Origin: Felis catus
Taxonomy: Eukaryota
DNA length: 64,000 bases
Reading direction: 5' to 3'
Assembly: GCF_018350175.1 (NCBI RefSeq)
Contig: NC_058368.1
Span: forward strand, 121,832,001 to 121,896,000
In this document: in pieces, positions 12,290 through 25,077 of the stretch
Numbering within the stretch: position 1 is the stretch's first letter
How the letters are laid out: every line of letters starts with the position of its first letter
Translations under genes and position numbers: made by a program
Notes under the pieces: generated by a model
Databases searched by the model: none
Told to the model about the DNA's origin: nothing
The model's input: the letters and a program-made list of their open reading frames with translations, nothing else

Positions 12290-13100
12290 CCCTAACTGCT
12301 CTACTGGCTCCTCAAACTCATTATGTCCTGAAGCAGACCTCTTACCTTTCTCTTTTCCTTCCCCTGAACCCTAATCTCATTCCTTCACTATCTACCTCTT
12401 TTCATACTATTGCTTATCATCTTAGCTATTAACTGTTGGCTCTCATGCGAGTCTCTGAGTTATACTGATAACACCACTTCAGTTTTTCCTACACCCCCAG
12501 TTCAGGCCCTCATTCTCTTTCCTGGACCACTTCAACAGCTTCCTAAGTAAGGTCCCTGCTTTCAATCTTGTCTACTTCACATGTGTCATTTGTACAGTTG
12601 CCAGAATGATCTTTGAAAATGCAATTCCATCTGTGTCAATTCTCTTCTTAAGAATCTTCTAGCAGTACTCCATTGACTGCTGAGTGACACCTAAATCCTC
12701 TAAATGGCCCTCTGCAGTCTTGGCCCTGCTCTTTCCCCAGCACTTGGCCAATCCTAGCCAAAAGCCTTTCAGCAAAATCAAACTACTAGTGGAGCTCGGA
12801 GGTGGGTGGGGCTTCTCAACATGGACCTTTGCTCATGTTTGTGCTTATCTGGCTACCCCCATCTGGCTTCCCTTAGGATTGAACTTCATTTCATCCATTC
12901 CAGAAGATGAGATGCTCAAACTCTTTACACCTATAATAAACTACACCTATCTCTGCCATTGTACTAACCATGTTCTATTCCAATTACCTGTTGGAATTAC
13001 ATTTTTTATTAGACTCTTCTCCTTGGGGTTATGATATCTTGTTTATCTGTGTAGCCTAATTACTGAGACATAATCAAACACAAACAATGGTTTGGTCAAA
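12290..13100 (+). mobile_element. L2 3' fragment
   Basis: Pyrimidine-rich degenerate L2-like segments, e.g. gttgccagaatgatctttgaaaatgcaa. Confidence 0.5.
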
Positions 13101-13129
13101 TACCTATAGGAAGGCAAATGATATAGCAT

Positions 13130-13135
13130 TTTATT
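13130..13135 (-). terminator. Candidate distal polyadenylation signal AATAAA
   Basis: Minus strand cacagAATAAAatgc, with GU-rich TTGTTTGTGTTTG at 13075-13087. Lies at the end of a repeat-poor block. Confidence 0.45.
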
Positions 13136-16100
13136 CTGTGGGTAGATAATTAATGTAGTGAATAAATGTAATGGCCTATCTGTGAATCTGTGCCATTGTG
13201 GACACTAGTGAGACTTGGCGTGGGACACTTCTCCCAGCACCTGCAGAACTGTGGTACCACAGACAGAAATGTTGAAAGCTCTTTAAGTATGAATTAAAAC
13301 TTGTTATTCAGACCTTCCACCTACACTTGAGTAGACACATGAGTTTTAGGTACACAAGGGGGGAAAAAACCACAACGAAATAAGGCTGATCTTGGAGATT
13401 CAGAAGACCTTGTTTTAGTCTTGATCTTGGAGTAACTTTCTGTGCAAATGTGGGCAGATAAAAACACTTCCCTGATCATGCAAGAGCCTGAGAAAATTGA
13501 AATGTCACCACAAACTATAATAGTCAATTGTTACTCATCACTAGGATAGTTGTTCCATCCAAAATGTTGTTGTGACTAAGCAACATAACAAGCAGGTGAG
13601 AAAGGACGTCATTACACTTTAACTTGGAGCCATATAATTTTATTATCCACCAAGGCAGCAGAGTTTTAATGTGTAAATGAATCCCCAGTTCGGATATAAA
13701 ATACAGTAAAAAAAAATTTACAACCTTTGTTTCCAGGTTGTGTTCTTAGGCAGCTGGGAAGCACCCACCATTCTGACAGGCAGAATCATGAATTCAGAGA
13801 TGATTCCCTGAGAGAGAAGGATCTGTTAGTGGGGTATTGAGGCTATGCGTGTGTGTGCATGTGTGCATGCATGTGTGCGTGATAGGTTAAGAAGAATCCA
13901 TCATTTGTTTAATGTGGGAGAAGAGGGAAAAATGTAATTGCCATTCTTGCAAGATTCAACCGTATGGCCCTCTGGGGCCATCATTGGAGACTGATGGGAG
14001 TTAGTTAACCGTGCTTGTGCTGGTCAAAGTGAAGAGCTGTTTTGAGCCACATTTTATTCGTGAAATGGCACATTCTTTTTGTACTTTGGAAGACATCAGC
14101 TTTTGAACTGAGCTTTCTTTTCCATGATGAACACTTAGAATTTCTATGACATTTGTCAGATCTTCAATGAATATACCCATCTTTGAGCGTCAGCTGATTC
14201 CTTCATCAACAAGCATGTCAGATGTAAGTAATTAACCTTTCTGCCTTTCCAAAAAGGAATGAAAAGTAAGCAATATACCTCATCTTGTCAGGAAATGAAG
14301 GGCTGAAAAATGGAGGCTGCCATTGAATAAATGTCCCACGGAATGAAGAAAACAACCCTGGTGTCCTAGCCCTGGTGTTCTTCCTGTTAAGAGTTCCATC
14401 ATAGGCTAAGGAACCATGCTGCAGGGTACTGAGCAGTACTGCTTTGTGGCTGCCTTGTAACACGACCCACCCCACTTTCTCTCCTGCAGAGAAATAGGTG
14501 CTGTTTAACATGCATTTGTTTGCTGCTGTCTTTGATAAATTCAGGCTGACTGTTCATAAGGCACCTGCACTTGCAGTTGGAAACCACTAACCTAGATGAA
14601 ATATGACTTTCAATTATGCCACAGTCAAAGAAGCTGAAATAAGAAAGTCAAAGTTGGGGGGGGAGTCAAGTATCTTTTTTTTTATTAGAGTGACTTGGAC
14701 ATGGAGAATAAATTCCAGCATTCACACCTCACACATTCCCCACCAATCCGACTATTCACCCACCTCTAATTTGTTGTTGTGCCTCTCCACTGTCCACAGA
14801 GTCTACCCTTCTAGATTGTGGACACCAAGGCAAATGAAAATGCCAATCTTCTAGCATCCTTGTCTTGCTGTATTAGGCGTGGGTTTAGCTCTGAGTGATT
14901 TCTTTGGGGAACTGCTTGCCTTTCCAAAGAACATCCACGGGAAGGTTTGCTTCACCTCTTGTTTCAAAGTGGAAGGGTTGAAAATAATAGCTCTTGTCAC
15001 TTCCCTTTGCCTTGTTATGGGGAATATTTAGTGCTAGAGCTGGGATGTGGGGGTAATATCTTGGATGTGATAATGTTGCTCCTTGCATCAGTGAACATGG
15101 TATTGATTGTAAGCTGTCAACCTTTCTGCATGCTCTGCAGGGTCCCAGAAGGCTGGCTACTGCTGGGAGGTAATGCATCAGGCAGGGACACATGTGTTCT
15201 ATTAACTAAGGTTGCAATCTAACCTTGGTGGCTTGCTCTTAAAGCATCTTGGCTCACTAGTTCTCAATTTTCTTTTTTTACTTCTTGACTCCTCTGAGCA
15301 GTCCTGTGATGCCATATACCAAGGTCCCCTTGACTCAAACTCCCAGTGGCAAACTGCTCATCTTGTAAACTTCCTGGGGACAGAGGCTGTGTCTGTCGTC
15401 TTCATTCATTTATTTCTTCATTCATTCAACAAATATTTATTGAGCACCTACTAGGAGCAAGAGACTTCTCTATGCTCTGGGGATACAAAAGTGGACTAAA
15501 TAATGCCTTGGGAACTTAGGGTGGTCAAGAAAGGAACACTTGAGCTGAATTTATTAAAATATTCCCTGTGCCTGGACATGAATATTTGCTAAGCCTGTAT
15601 CCCACATGACACTGTAAGCCTTTTGAGGACAGGGAGTATTAATATTGCTTCCCCAGACCACCTTGCAGATGGTCTGAGCAGATAGTCTGTGATCAATCAT
15701 TCAGTGTTCATTGAATGAATAAATGAATGCATGAACATGACTCAAACTGAGCACCTATTTAGAATGCTAAAACAGGGCCTTTCCTTTTACCAATGAAGCA
15801 GCCTCCTCCCATCACTTCTATGCCAGCCTTCCTGGGTTCTCTTTGACCCACATAAGAATTTACTACTCTGGCTGGGGTGGGGGGCAGTATATCACTAGCC
15901 AATCAGAGCAAGAACTCCAGTACTTGTGGTTGGTCCCACTTCCCTGTGGTCTCTAGGTTTCTGTGCAAGGCTGAGTTTGGGAGAAGTGCTGTCTCCTCTC
16001 TGATTCATACCAAATGCAGCAACCTAAGTGACGGGTCGCAACAAAGAGTTACGAGTTGGGAGGAAAGGAGCTGTCCATCAAAAAGACCAAGGTTGGCTTT

Positions 16101-16758
16101 TCAGGGAATTAGGGATAGGGAGTGGATTGGGAATGTGGCAGTTATTATGCCCGTTTCTTTCCTGGTAGTGATCATTGTTGTGACAACGTCTAAGGCAGGA
16201 ATCAGCAGAGATGGCAGATCACCTTGTTTGGCCACCAGCAGTTTAACCAATGGTGCGTGGAAGGTCTAAATTGGAGGATAGTTAAACAGTAATAATAAGG
16301 TCAGGGTTAGGGGTTAGAGATCTCTGTGAGCCACTTGACTTTAGGCTCTGTTTTAGTGACAGACCAAATTTGTATTCCTTGTCAGCTGTCAGGCAATATT
16401 TGTTTGCAGAGAGATGGTCTGTTTGAACCCTCACTAGTGGAAAAAGAAAAAGACAAAGTAGCTATGCATTACTCACTACAGTGATGGAAGTACAGGATCC
16501 GGGACAGGACAGATCTCGATGAAACTTCTGTCTGTGTAACACTAACTGTGTCACTGAACCTTTTTTAGTATGCTTCTCAACTGTAAAAAGGGAGTAACAT
16601 GTTGATCCATCAGGTGATTGTAATGATTTTAAAAAGTGCCTATACTTTGCTTGTGATATAATAAGTGCCCATTAATAGTAGCTTCCTTTTATTCTTGCCA
16701 TCCATTTTGCATTTAAACACAGTCTTTGGATATGGGGGCTTAATAAATACTTGTTACT

Positions 16759-16930
16759 GGAGCGCCTGGGTGGCTCAGTTGGTCTAGCATCTGACTCTTG
16801 ATTTTGGCTCCTGTCATGATCCCAGGGTTGTGGGATCGAGCCCCGCATTGGGCTCTATGCTGAGTGTGGAGACCACTTGGGATTCTCATTCTCTCTCCCC
16901 CTCTCCCCCTCTCCCCCTCTCAATAAGAAA
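16759..16930 (+). mobile_element. Can-SINE
   Basis: ggagcgcctgggtggctcagttggt (A box) ... gggatcgagcccc (B box), CT-rich tail. TSD-like cttgttact on both sides. Confidence 0.9.
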
Positions 16931-17419
16931 ACACTCTTGTTACTGAAAGAAAGAAAGAAGGGCTAGGCTAGTTCTGGCAAATGGAAAATGTGTTTCTGAC
17001 AGAATGAAAGAAACCTCAACTTCATGCTCCCATGCCATATCCATTCTCACATACGTTGTTCTCCCTACTGGAAATGGCATATCGTGTTTTGAGTGTTGAC
17101 TGAACCACTTTAATACTCTACTTAGAGGTCATGTAGTCTGAAAGGTTGTTTTCGTATCCATCCTCATTAACTATTTCCTTATTATTAATTAATTACATGT
17201 GGCTCCTATATGGCTGTCATCTCCTGGAGGGTGGGGACGAGTGGCTTTATCTCTGTGACTCCAGCCCCTTGTTGGGGCCTGGATGCATGATACATGCCAG
17301 GCACTCACTTTATGATTAATATTGATGAACTTATGGGTCAATATGGGACTTGTTTGCTAATCAGTAACTTCCAACTGTATATATAATGTGAGATGAGATA
17401 GAGGATAAGAATGCTGACC

Positions 17420-18060
17420 AAAATGTCTGGTTCTGTCACTTGTGAACTATGTAAACTTAGTGAAGTTACACAATCTGCCTCCATTTCCTTATCTGTAAAA
17501 TGGAAACCATAATAGTACCAGCATCTAGAGTTTCAGGCATAAATGAATTAATAGATGTGAAATTTTTGAACACAACCTGGCCCGTAATAAGAAGGGCTTA
17601 TTAAATGTTAGGTACTATCATGTATTAAACAGTATTTCAAGAATTATGTCTTTAGAGTGAGATATCTTGAGTTGGAGTCCTGGTTCTGTCTCTTACTGTC
17701 TATATGCCCATGGCTACGTTGACAACTTGAGTCTATTTCCTCATTTCCAAAACGAACATAATACTGGCATTAATCTCAGGGGCTTAAAGAAGGAAGATAA
17801 TGAGAAATTACATGTCTTCATAGTGAGAATTGTTGCTGTTAGGATTTTTATGGTGCTTTAAACTTACCAAGCAATTATAAGTAAATAAATTGCTTGTGCT
17901 TCTCACAGTAATTCTATGAGCGAGGACAGATTGTTTTGTGACTATTTCACAGGTGACGACATGACTGATGCACACGTTAAGTGACTTCTAGAAGTTTCTT
18001 AATTACTTTGCAGTGGAGCCAGGGGCGGGGTCCACATTTCCTATTTCCCAGTTCCACATT
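17420..18060. mobile_element. Cluster of MIR fragments
   Basis: MIR cores tttccttatctgtaaaatgg, tttcctcatttccaaaa and antisense tttcacaggtgacgacatga. Confidence 0.6.
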
Positions 18061-18246
18061 CTTTCTATGACAGGCAAGTCATTCCAAGGGAAAGCAGTTC
18101 CTGAGGCTTGACTTAGAAATAGGGGAGGAAGGGATGGGTTAAGCTCTGACAGATACCTAGTGACTCAGGGGGCAGTGTGAATGTTTCCTAGCGGTGAAAC
18201 GGTGATTGCAGTATCTTTGGGGGTGCTGTTTAAAACACACTGCCTT

Positions 18247-18447
18247 GGGGTGCCTGAGTGGCTCAGCCAGTTTAAGTGTACGACTCTTGATTCCAACTCA
18301 GATCACAATCTCACAATTTGTGAGTTTGAGCCCTGTGTCGGGCTCTGTGCTGAGAGTGTGGAGCCTGCTTGGGATGCTCTTTCTCTCTCTGTCCCTCCCC
18401 AACTTGTGTGCTTGCTCTCTCTCAAAATAAATAAAAAACATTAAAAA
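18247..18447 (+). mobile_element. Can-SINE (SINEC_Fc type)
   Basis: ggggtgcctgagtggctcagccagtttaag ... tctctcaaaataaataaaaaacattaaaaa. Confidence 0.9.
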
Positions 18448-21400
18448 ACCCCCCACACCTGCCTCATCTACACAGGTCCGTAATGGAGTCAGATTAGGAA
18501 GAGGGCTCACTCAGGATGTGGACTATAGTGTCACCCCCAAAGCTTTGCTATTAGGCTTACTAGGGCTCTCTTGAGCCCTGCAGGCAGTCAGCAGAGTGAA
18601 TAGACAAGCATGAATCTGTAGGGGTGGGAGAATAGGTAGGAGGGGAGCCTTAGCCAGTTGGTTTGAAGGAAGGGAAGTTGTGGTCTCCCCCTTATCAGTG
18701 ATTGACCATTTTAGGGTCAACTTTCAGGATAATGGGTCCTGAAGTGTTGAAAAGAAATACATTGGAGATGGATGACTTACTTCATTGGGTATGGAGCTAA
18801 AAGAATTTTAGCTTCATCCTGGTTCCAACTGACTGCCTTTCATATGCTGGTTGTGTTAATAGGTGTTGCTGTGGTTAATTATGAGATCACTGAGAAGTTT
18901 AAAGATGCTTTACCGACAGGCCCTCCCCCCCCAACACAGCTGGCCAATAGAGTGAAGACAGGAGCCAGACTTTAAGGATTTAAGAAGCAAATGGGTTCTT
19001 ACTGCCCACTCACCTGTGTGCACCCCACTACTTGATGCTCATTTACATGTTTCTTCTTTGTTACTTCAAAATCCTCTTCTACCTCCAGATAAGACAGCAT
19101 GGATCTCTGCCCAAGTGCAGCTTTTTAAATGTCAGGAACTCTGTTTTATTTGGATCATTTCAATAAAGCCTTGGGAAGCTCTGACTCCCTCTCCTCCTCA
19201 GTCAGCTGCCATCCTTCAGGGCAAAGTGATGGCTCATACCAAGCAGCAACCGTTGCACTATTAGGCAGGGCAGGGCTCTTAGAACCCAACACACTGTTGG
19301 CAGTGTGGCAAGTCAGCTTTCAGGTAGCTTTTATTGTCAGCTGGAACAGGGATTGTTTGGGTGGATATTGAAGATCCCCAGCATGGGGGCAGAAGGAAAT
19401 TGGGATTGTAAAATACCTAGTTCAGTACCTGGCACAGAGCAGGTCATTGCTGATACATGGTGGTGGTGATTGCTGCCTGAGGTCTAGTCTGTAGTGCCTT
19501 CCTCTCCTGTTCCAGTGCAGGAATCTTGTATGTTTTTTTCCTGATGCTTTTTTATTCGAGTGGCTGCTCTGTGCTCTTAACTCTGAGATCTCTGGCAAAT
19601 CCCTCCCACTCTCTGGATCTATGTGCCAAGGGTGTAGGACTAAGCATGGGGGATTTTATGAAGATCCACAGATAGCCTGCAGGAGGCCTGTGAATCCCTC
19701 AAAACCATGACCAAAGCTGTCATGGGTTGTGGGAAGCACTGGTGACTGTAGTTAGTGAAGAAGCATTGTCCATCGGGACTCTCTGATGCCTCCGAATATT
19801 CTCTGATAGCAGTTACTCCGTGTCCTAAAGTTGGAACATGTTCCTCATGGTTCACAAGATGATTGTAGGTGTTTCTTGGGTACATTTGTTATATTACTTG
19901 TTATGTGATTATTTTAATGTCTAAAAAACACTAAAATGGATATTTCATCATTATTTCTTTGGAGGAGGCTAAGTGTTACTTTTAAAAAAGGTGACTTAAA
20001 TGAGCAATAGCAGAGAGGTTGGTTGATGCCTAAGTTTGAGCAACAGTGATCTCTCACAAGCCCCACCTGGTACAAAGAGGAGATGAGTCTCAGAGGAGCA
20101 GAGAGAAGGCCATAAGGAAGCTGATAGTAAACTTTGGAGAATAACTCATTGTTCCTTCTATCTATCCTGATAAGACAATTCTCTATCAGGTGGAGAAGTT
20201 TCTGATCCTCTCTAAAGTCTCCTCCAAGAACACTGTCCCAGCCAGGACATGAATCCTGCCCAGAGAGTTTCCACCTGGGCCACTTTATGGACAATGCCTG
20301 AAGAGAGGCTTTCATTGAGGGAAGAGGAGAAACACTGAGGAAAAAAGTCACATCTTTTATCCACGTGATCCTTCAATTTTGAGAAGTACTTCTCATGTTT
20401 TAATGTTTCTGAAATTGGGATGCATCTTACAAAGTGGTGTTCTCTTAAGTTCTAGATAGCTATTACCTTGCCAAAAAGCTGTTATTAAATGGATAGTAGC
20501 TTAGAATGGAAATAGGGTTCCTATTTTTTCCTGCCTCCCCAAGCAACGTAAACTTGGAGTTGGGACTTGTAATAAATATGTGAATCAAAAGAGACTTTCT
20601 CTTTAAAATAAAAATGCTCATTTCAAGCCATTTGTTAACTCACAAAATGGAAGATTCGTGAATAAGAAGGGGAATGATTCAGCAAGACAGGTATGGAGAT
20701 ACTAAGCTCAGACCCAGCTTTCTGGGAACCTCCCACCTCCTCGTTCAAATTTATAAATCCTGTGAATTCATTTAGTTTTCCCAGAGGTGTGCCCTGCAGA
20801 ACCTTCTGGAACTTAAGTCTGAATGGTAAACATGGAGGGGGAAGGATGAACCAGACTGCATAGGTTCAAGCAGACTTCACTGTACTGTGGAAGATTCTTG
20901 ACTCTCCCATATTCCATTTTTGTAGGAAGAGAGCCCTTTGGTGCATTTTTCTAAATGGTGAGCTTGAGGTGGATTAGAAACACTTGATTAGACTTCACAA
21001 ATCGGCATTTTTTATGGGCCATTTTTGTTCCAGCTGCGGTGGAGATGGATGGATTGTGACTCTTGGTCACCAAACCCAGGAAGAGGGAGGGGGTTGGGTA
21101 GCAGACACACCCAAAAGGAACAGACCAGCCTTTCTCCAGGAGCCAGGGGTGGTGCTGCTGCATCATTTAGAATGCCAGATAATAAACAACCAGACCTTGG
21201 CCTTTAGAAGTCAATGGAATAAATAAACTGGAAAAGGTTGAAGAGAAAAAGCCAACCAACATGTAAGTAGAGGATTATATGGAGCCATTTAAAATTACAA
21301 AAAGCAGGCATAACAAGGCAGCAGATGGAATCTGGCCCCACATGGCCTTGCCAAGCTAACTCTGAGAAGCACTGTGTGGAAAGTGTTCTCTTTATGTCCC

Positions 21401-21627
21401 CTGAAGCATTCATGGGGTTTCCTAGCCAAATTCTCAGGCTGTTTCTATGGCGCTTACAAAGAAAAAGAGTATAGCAGTGGTGATGTGTCCCCTCCCTTCT
21501 CATTCTGGGTCCTCTTCGTGGCCTCATGAAATAAATCTCTGGTTCAAATGAGACTGTTAATAAAAAGTGCTGTGGGGGCAGGGGATGCTGACTGCTTGTG
21601 ATTTTTTCACACACAAAAAAGGAGAAT

Positions 21628-22073
21628 GTCTCTAAGAGTAAACGGTGTTTATTTTTTTGTTGATTTTTTTTTCAATCAAATGGAATTGCTTAATTAAAAA
21701 AAAACTTATCTCTTTTCTCTTTAAATACTACAGACAACCTCATTTTATCTCAGCAGACACCTAGGAACAAAACACTGGACCCACCAGAGAAAACCGGGCA
21801 ATAAAAGCATCAGAAATTCAAGTCAACTATGGAGAATTAGTGTTAGCTGGCAGCTCTCAATTCTAAACACAAGTGTCTCAGAACCTATTGGGTTTGACAA
21901 AAGTCTCTTAGAACTGGGGATCTGGGAAAGTTGGACTCTTTTTAATTCTATTCCAATTGTTTTCTGCATAGGGAAATTAATGTCAATGCATCAAATGAAG
22001 ACCAAAAGAAACATTTAAAAACATGTTTGACTAGTATTCAGTATGTGAGATTATTAAGTAATAACTTGTCCTC
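21628..22073 (-). other. PPP2R2B: PPP2R2B proximal 3'UTR (~445 nt)
   Basis: Repeat-free AT-rich sequence from the stop codon to the first AATAAA with a downstream U/GU tract. The cleavage position is estimated. Confidence 0.75.
21648..21653 (-). terminator. Proximal polyadenylation signal AATAAA
   Basis: Plus-strand tttatt. On the minus strand it is followed ~28 nt later by TTTTTTGTGTGTG (21608-21620), a typical downstream element. Confidence 0.8.
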
Positions 22074-22353
22074 CTAGTTAACCTTGTCCTGGAATATATA
22101 TAGGTTATTTGTAGCCGCCACTGCTATAATATTTTCTGAAGGATGCCAAGCTGTATGCAAGATCTTTTTGCTAAAGTCCAGACTGTCAACGCTGATCTCG
22201 TCTTTTCTTCGCTTGCCCCCCACGCACACTTTTCGTGGTTTTAGAATAGCCCGGGGTTTGCTGTTTTCCCTCGAGGCCTCAAGGGTGACATCACGCTTGG
22301 TGTTTCTGTCGAACATCCTGAAGAAGTTGTTGTAGGAGCCTGTCATGATGACG
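22074..22353 (-). CDS. PPP2R2B: PPP2R2B terminal coding exon (280 nt including TAG)
   Basis: Acceptor ttcctctctacattgcag. Encodes (S)[102 protein letters not shown] and AVAAT fit the beta paralogue rather than alpha (DFNKK, HPKEN, AVATT). Confidence 0.97.
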
Positions 22354-24985
22354 CTGCAATGTAGAGAGGAAATAGGGAGTGACTGAGTGCTGTGGAGAAA
22401 GGCAGTAACCTATCCCCATTGTGTCTTTCTGGAGTTAATGGTGTTACATCATGGGCAGCTACACCCTAAGTTTTATGAAAAACCAAAAACCCAAACAGGC
22501 TCAACAATGTGACTGTGGTCTAAGTCCTGAATCACTAAAAGCAACAAGCTCTTTGATGGATTGGCAAGTGGAGGGCTGTGATAATCCTCCTTGGTAATTC
22601 TGTTGGATAGATCCCTTATCTGGGTCTGTAAATGAGTCCGGTGGTTTTAATCATACCAGCCCTACCTCCCTCAGCATTGTGAGGCTGGAGCGAGGTCGTG
22701 ACAGGAGGAACACTTTGGAAACTTTGTAGTAGTGGGGCCTCCATGTTGCCCAAGCTCCAAGGCTGTCCCCAGTCAGTCGGCATGGTGGGAGAAACCCCGA
22801 GCGTATAGCGCACTGACCCGTGTGCGTCCTCCCTCTGCTGAGAGCCAGCTCTCGATTTAGCCTTGCCAGAAAAGTTACCTAAAAAGTGGATGTCATCATG
22901 GTTTCCCTCAGGAAGAGAGTAAACAAATTCAAATTTTAAAAGAACGTGGGAGGGGAAAGAAGCCTTGCCAGTGGATTCACAGATGGCTTCCATGTTTTTA
23001 TAGGACCTCTCCATCCTCCGGCGTATTGACGATTTACTGACAGCAGTGACTGCCAAAGCCTTCCAGATGCAAGGGACTGAGTCTTTACTGGTGACAGGTG
23101 AGAGGGGGATCAGGTTGCCTCAGTAACATCCCACAGGGGCTGCCCCTGGACAGGCTGGCTTGGCCTCATTTCTGGGTGAAGCCCTGATGGTCTGGTTAGA
23201 CTGGGAGAGGATATACCTCATCGGTGTTCACATGGCATGAGGGCATAGATGGGGGGGGGGGGGGAGCTGAGAGCATGGGGCCACAGCCAGGGGAAATAGG
23301 TTTTTACGAACTGGATCAGCTGTGTCAGGCAAATTGATCAATGGCTAGATTTGGTTACTCTGGCCCAGGGAATGGATGTTGTGAAATGTGTTGGTCTCTG
23401 AAGTAGAATAAGCTGTTGTTACCTTATCAGGAAGGGTGCGGAATGCTTGACCGCCGCAGTCTCATTTTGCCTTACGTTCATACCCGAGGGGGGACTTACA
23501 CATGAGCACAGGTGACGAGCACAGTGTCACGCTGCGAGGAAGTGACACACTCAGGCCTCCAGCCCACATGTGCCTAACTAACCCCAGGGCCTAGCACTCA
23601 GCCACTTGGCTTCATGGCTTCCCATGAACTGCCATTTGCTGGCCCCACCATCACTTGACCTGCTTTCAAACAGAGTCCTTCCTATTTATTTTTGTGTTTT
23701 TAAAACTCTAAACCTTATCTGAACCAAGAATTTTCTTGGTTATGGAAAGAAACTGTGACGTTATGAAAAAACAATGCGGACTTAAGATTCAAATTGAAAA
23801 CTTCTTACTTTTGTCTCTACTACATACTAGCTCCTGAGCTGGAGAAGGTTACTTGACCTGGCTGAGCCTCAGTTTCTGCAACTATAAAATGGGGATGATG
23901 AAAACAACCTTGTCAGATTGTGGTCAGGATTCTAGAACATGATATGTGAGGGGGTGATGCATAAGTACTTACTGAGTCTAGGTTAAGAGAGGTTATTGGA
24001 ACAGTAACAAATAGGACACATCTATTAATCAACAATGAAAAAGTGAATTCTATATGAATCAATGTATTGATACAAATATACAAATAATGTAAAACGCTTC
24101 CCCCCGGGGAGCTTTTGTTCCTACATCACAGCTGCTCTGTTGTCTCTTCCCTCTGCCTAATACCAAATGGGTGCTGTGACTTGGGTCCCTCTGACATGTG
24201 GTGACTCTTGCCAGGCCTGCTATGTGGAAGGCACATTTTGGTTCACTGACAAAGCAGGCCGAATAATGGTCAGAAAAGCTTGTTTTTACAAAGAGCTCGA
24301 ATCTTAGTGCCTTGCCATGACCAAATGGAGTGCTTCCAAACACTAGTGTGGGCGCCGCATTCCTCAACAAACTAAATCAGCTCCTAGTAGCCTGTACTTC
24401 ATGCTGGAAGTCGGGGAATCATCTGTATTTGTCAAACTAAAAATGAACCATTAGAAGGTAATATGAAGTATGGTTGAAATAAAAGGCCTTAAAACAATAA
24501 TAAATCATTTTGAGGGGATATGATAAATAAGGCCAACTAGAATTCAGCTAACCAATGACCAGGGCCTTTGGCTGGGTACACCAGAAGTGGTCAGGGATAA
24601 TTTTCGCCCTAGAAATTACACTTGGCAATAATCTGAGCTACTTAGGTTGGAACTTGGGAGGTGGATTGTTAGTGTTACTCATTTCAGCCATGTTGATGTA
24701 GCTCTGGGGATGTCTGGTATGTAAAACAGGATTTTCTCGTGGATGTTACACACTCACCTGTGCCAGTCCTGTAAGAGGACTCAAGGGTCTCAACACATGA
24801 TGCCCTTCATTTCAGGTCTGAGCTCAAGGGAAATCTGGTGACCCATACAGTGGACTCCTACCAGGGCTGGGGGCCTGATTTTCATCCCCCTTTGGCTGTG
24901 ACCTCCTTACGATCAGTTGCCCAGGGCCTCGGCAAGTACAGGACCCACCTTTTGGAAGGTTCCCTAGCCACACAGCCTTTCTTAC

Positions 24986-25077
24986 CTGTCTGACCCATTC
25001 CACACACACTCAAATTTATCAAAAATGCAGTCATTTTCATAGAGGGAGCACAACTTGCTGCGGAGGTAGTCATGCAC
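24986..25077 (-). CDS. PPP2R2B: PPP2R2B penultimate coding exon, 92 nt
   Basis: Acceptor ttccccaacag, donor gtaaga. Translates [30 protein letters not shown] plus AG of a split Ser codon. Phases match both neighbours. The ORF track misses this frame. Confidence 0.97.

Noticed and set aside
16299..16318. Telomere-like ggtcagggttaggggttag
   Set aside because: Only about two imperfect TTAGGG units; expected by chance.
16759..16845. tRNA-like A and B boxes in SINE heads
   Set aside because: They belong to tRNA-derived Can-SINEs with CT-rich and A-rich tails, not tRNA genes.
21941..21946. ATTAAA on the minus strand ~130 nt after the stop
   Set aside because: No clear downstream GU/U-rich element; the AATAAA at 21648 has a better context.
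22084..22335. Plus-strand ORFs overlapping PPP2R2B exons (also 33648-33938)
   Set aside because: Antisense shadows of real coding exons.
22616..23056. 146-aa minus-strand ORF in the last intron, possible alternative exon
   Set aside because: No B55 similarity, and the flanking exons already join in phase.
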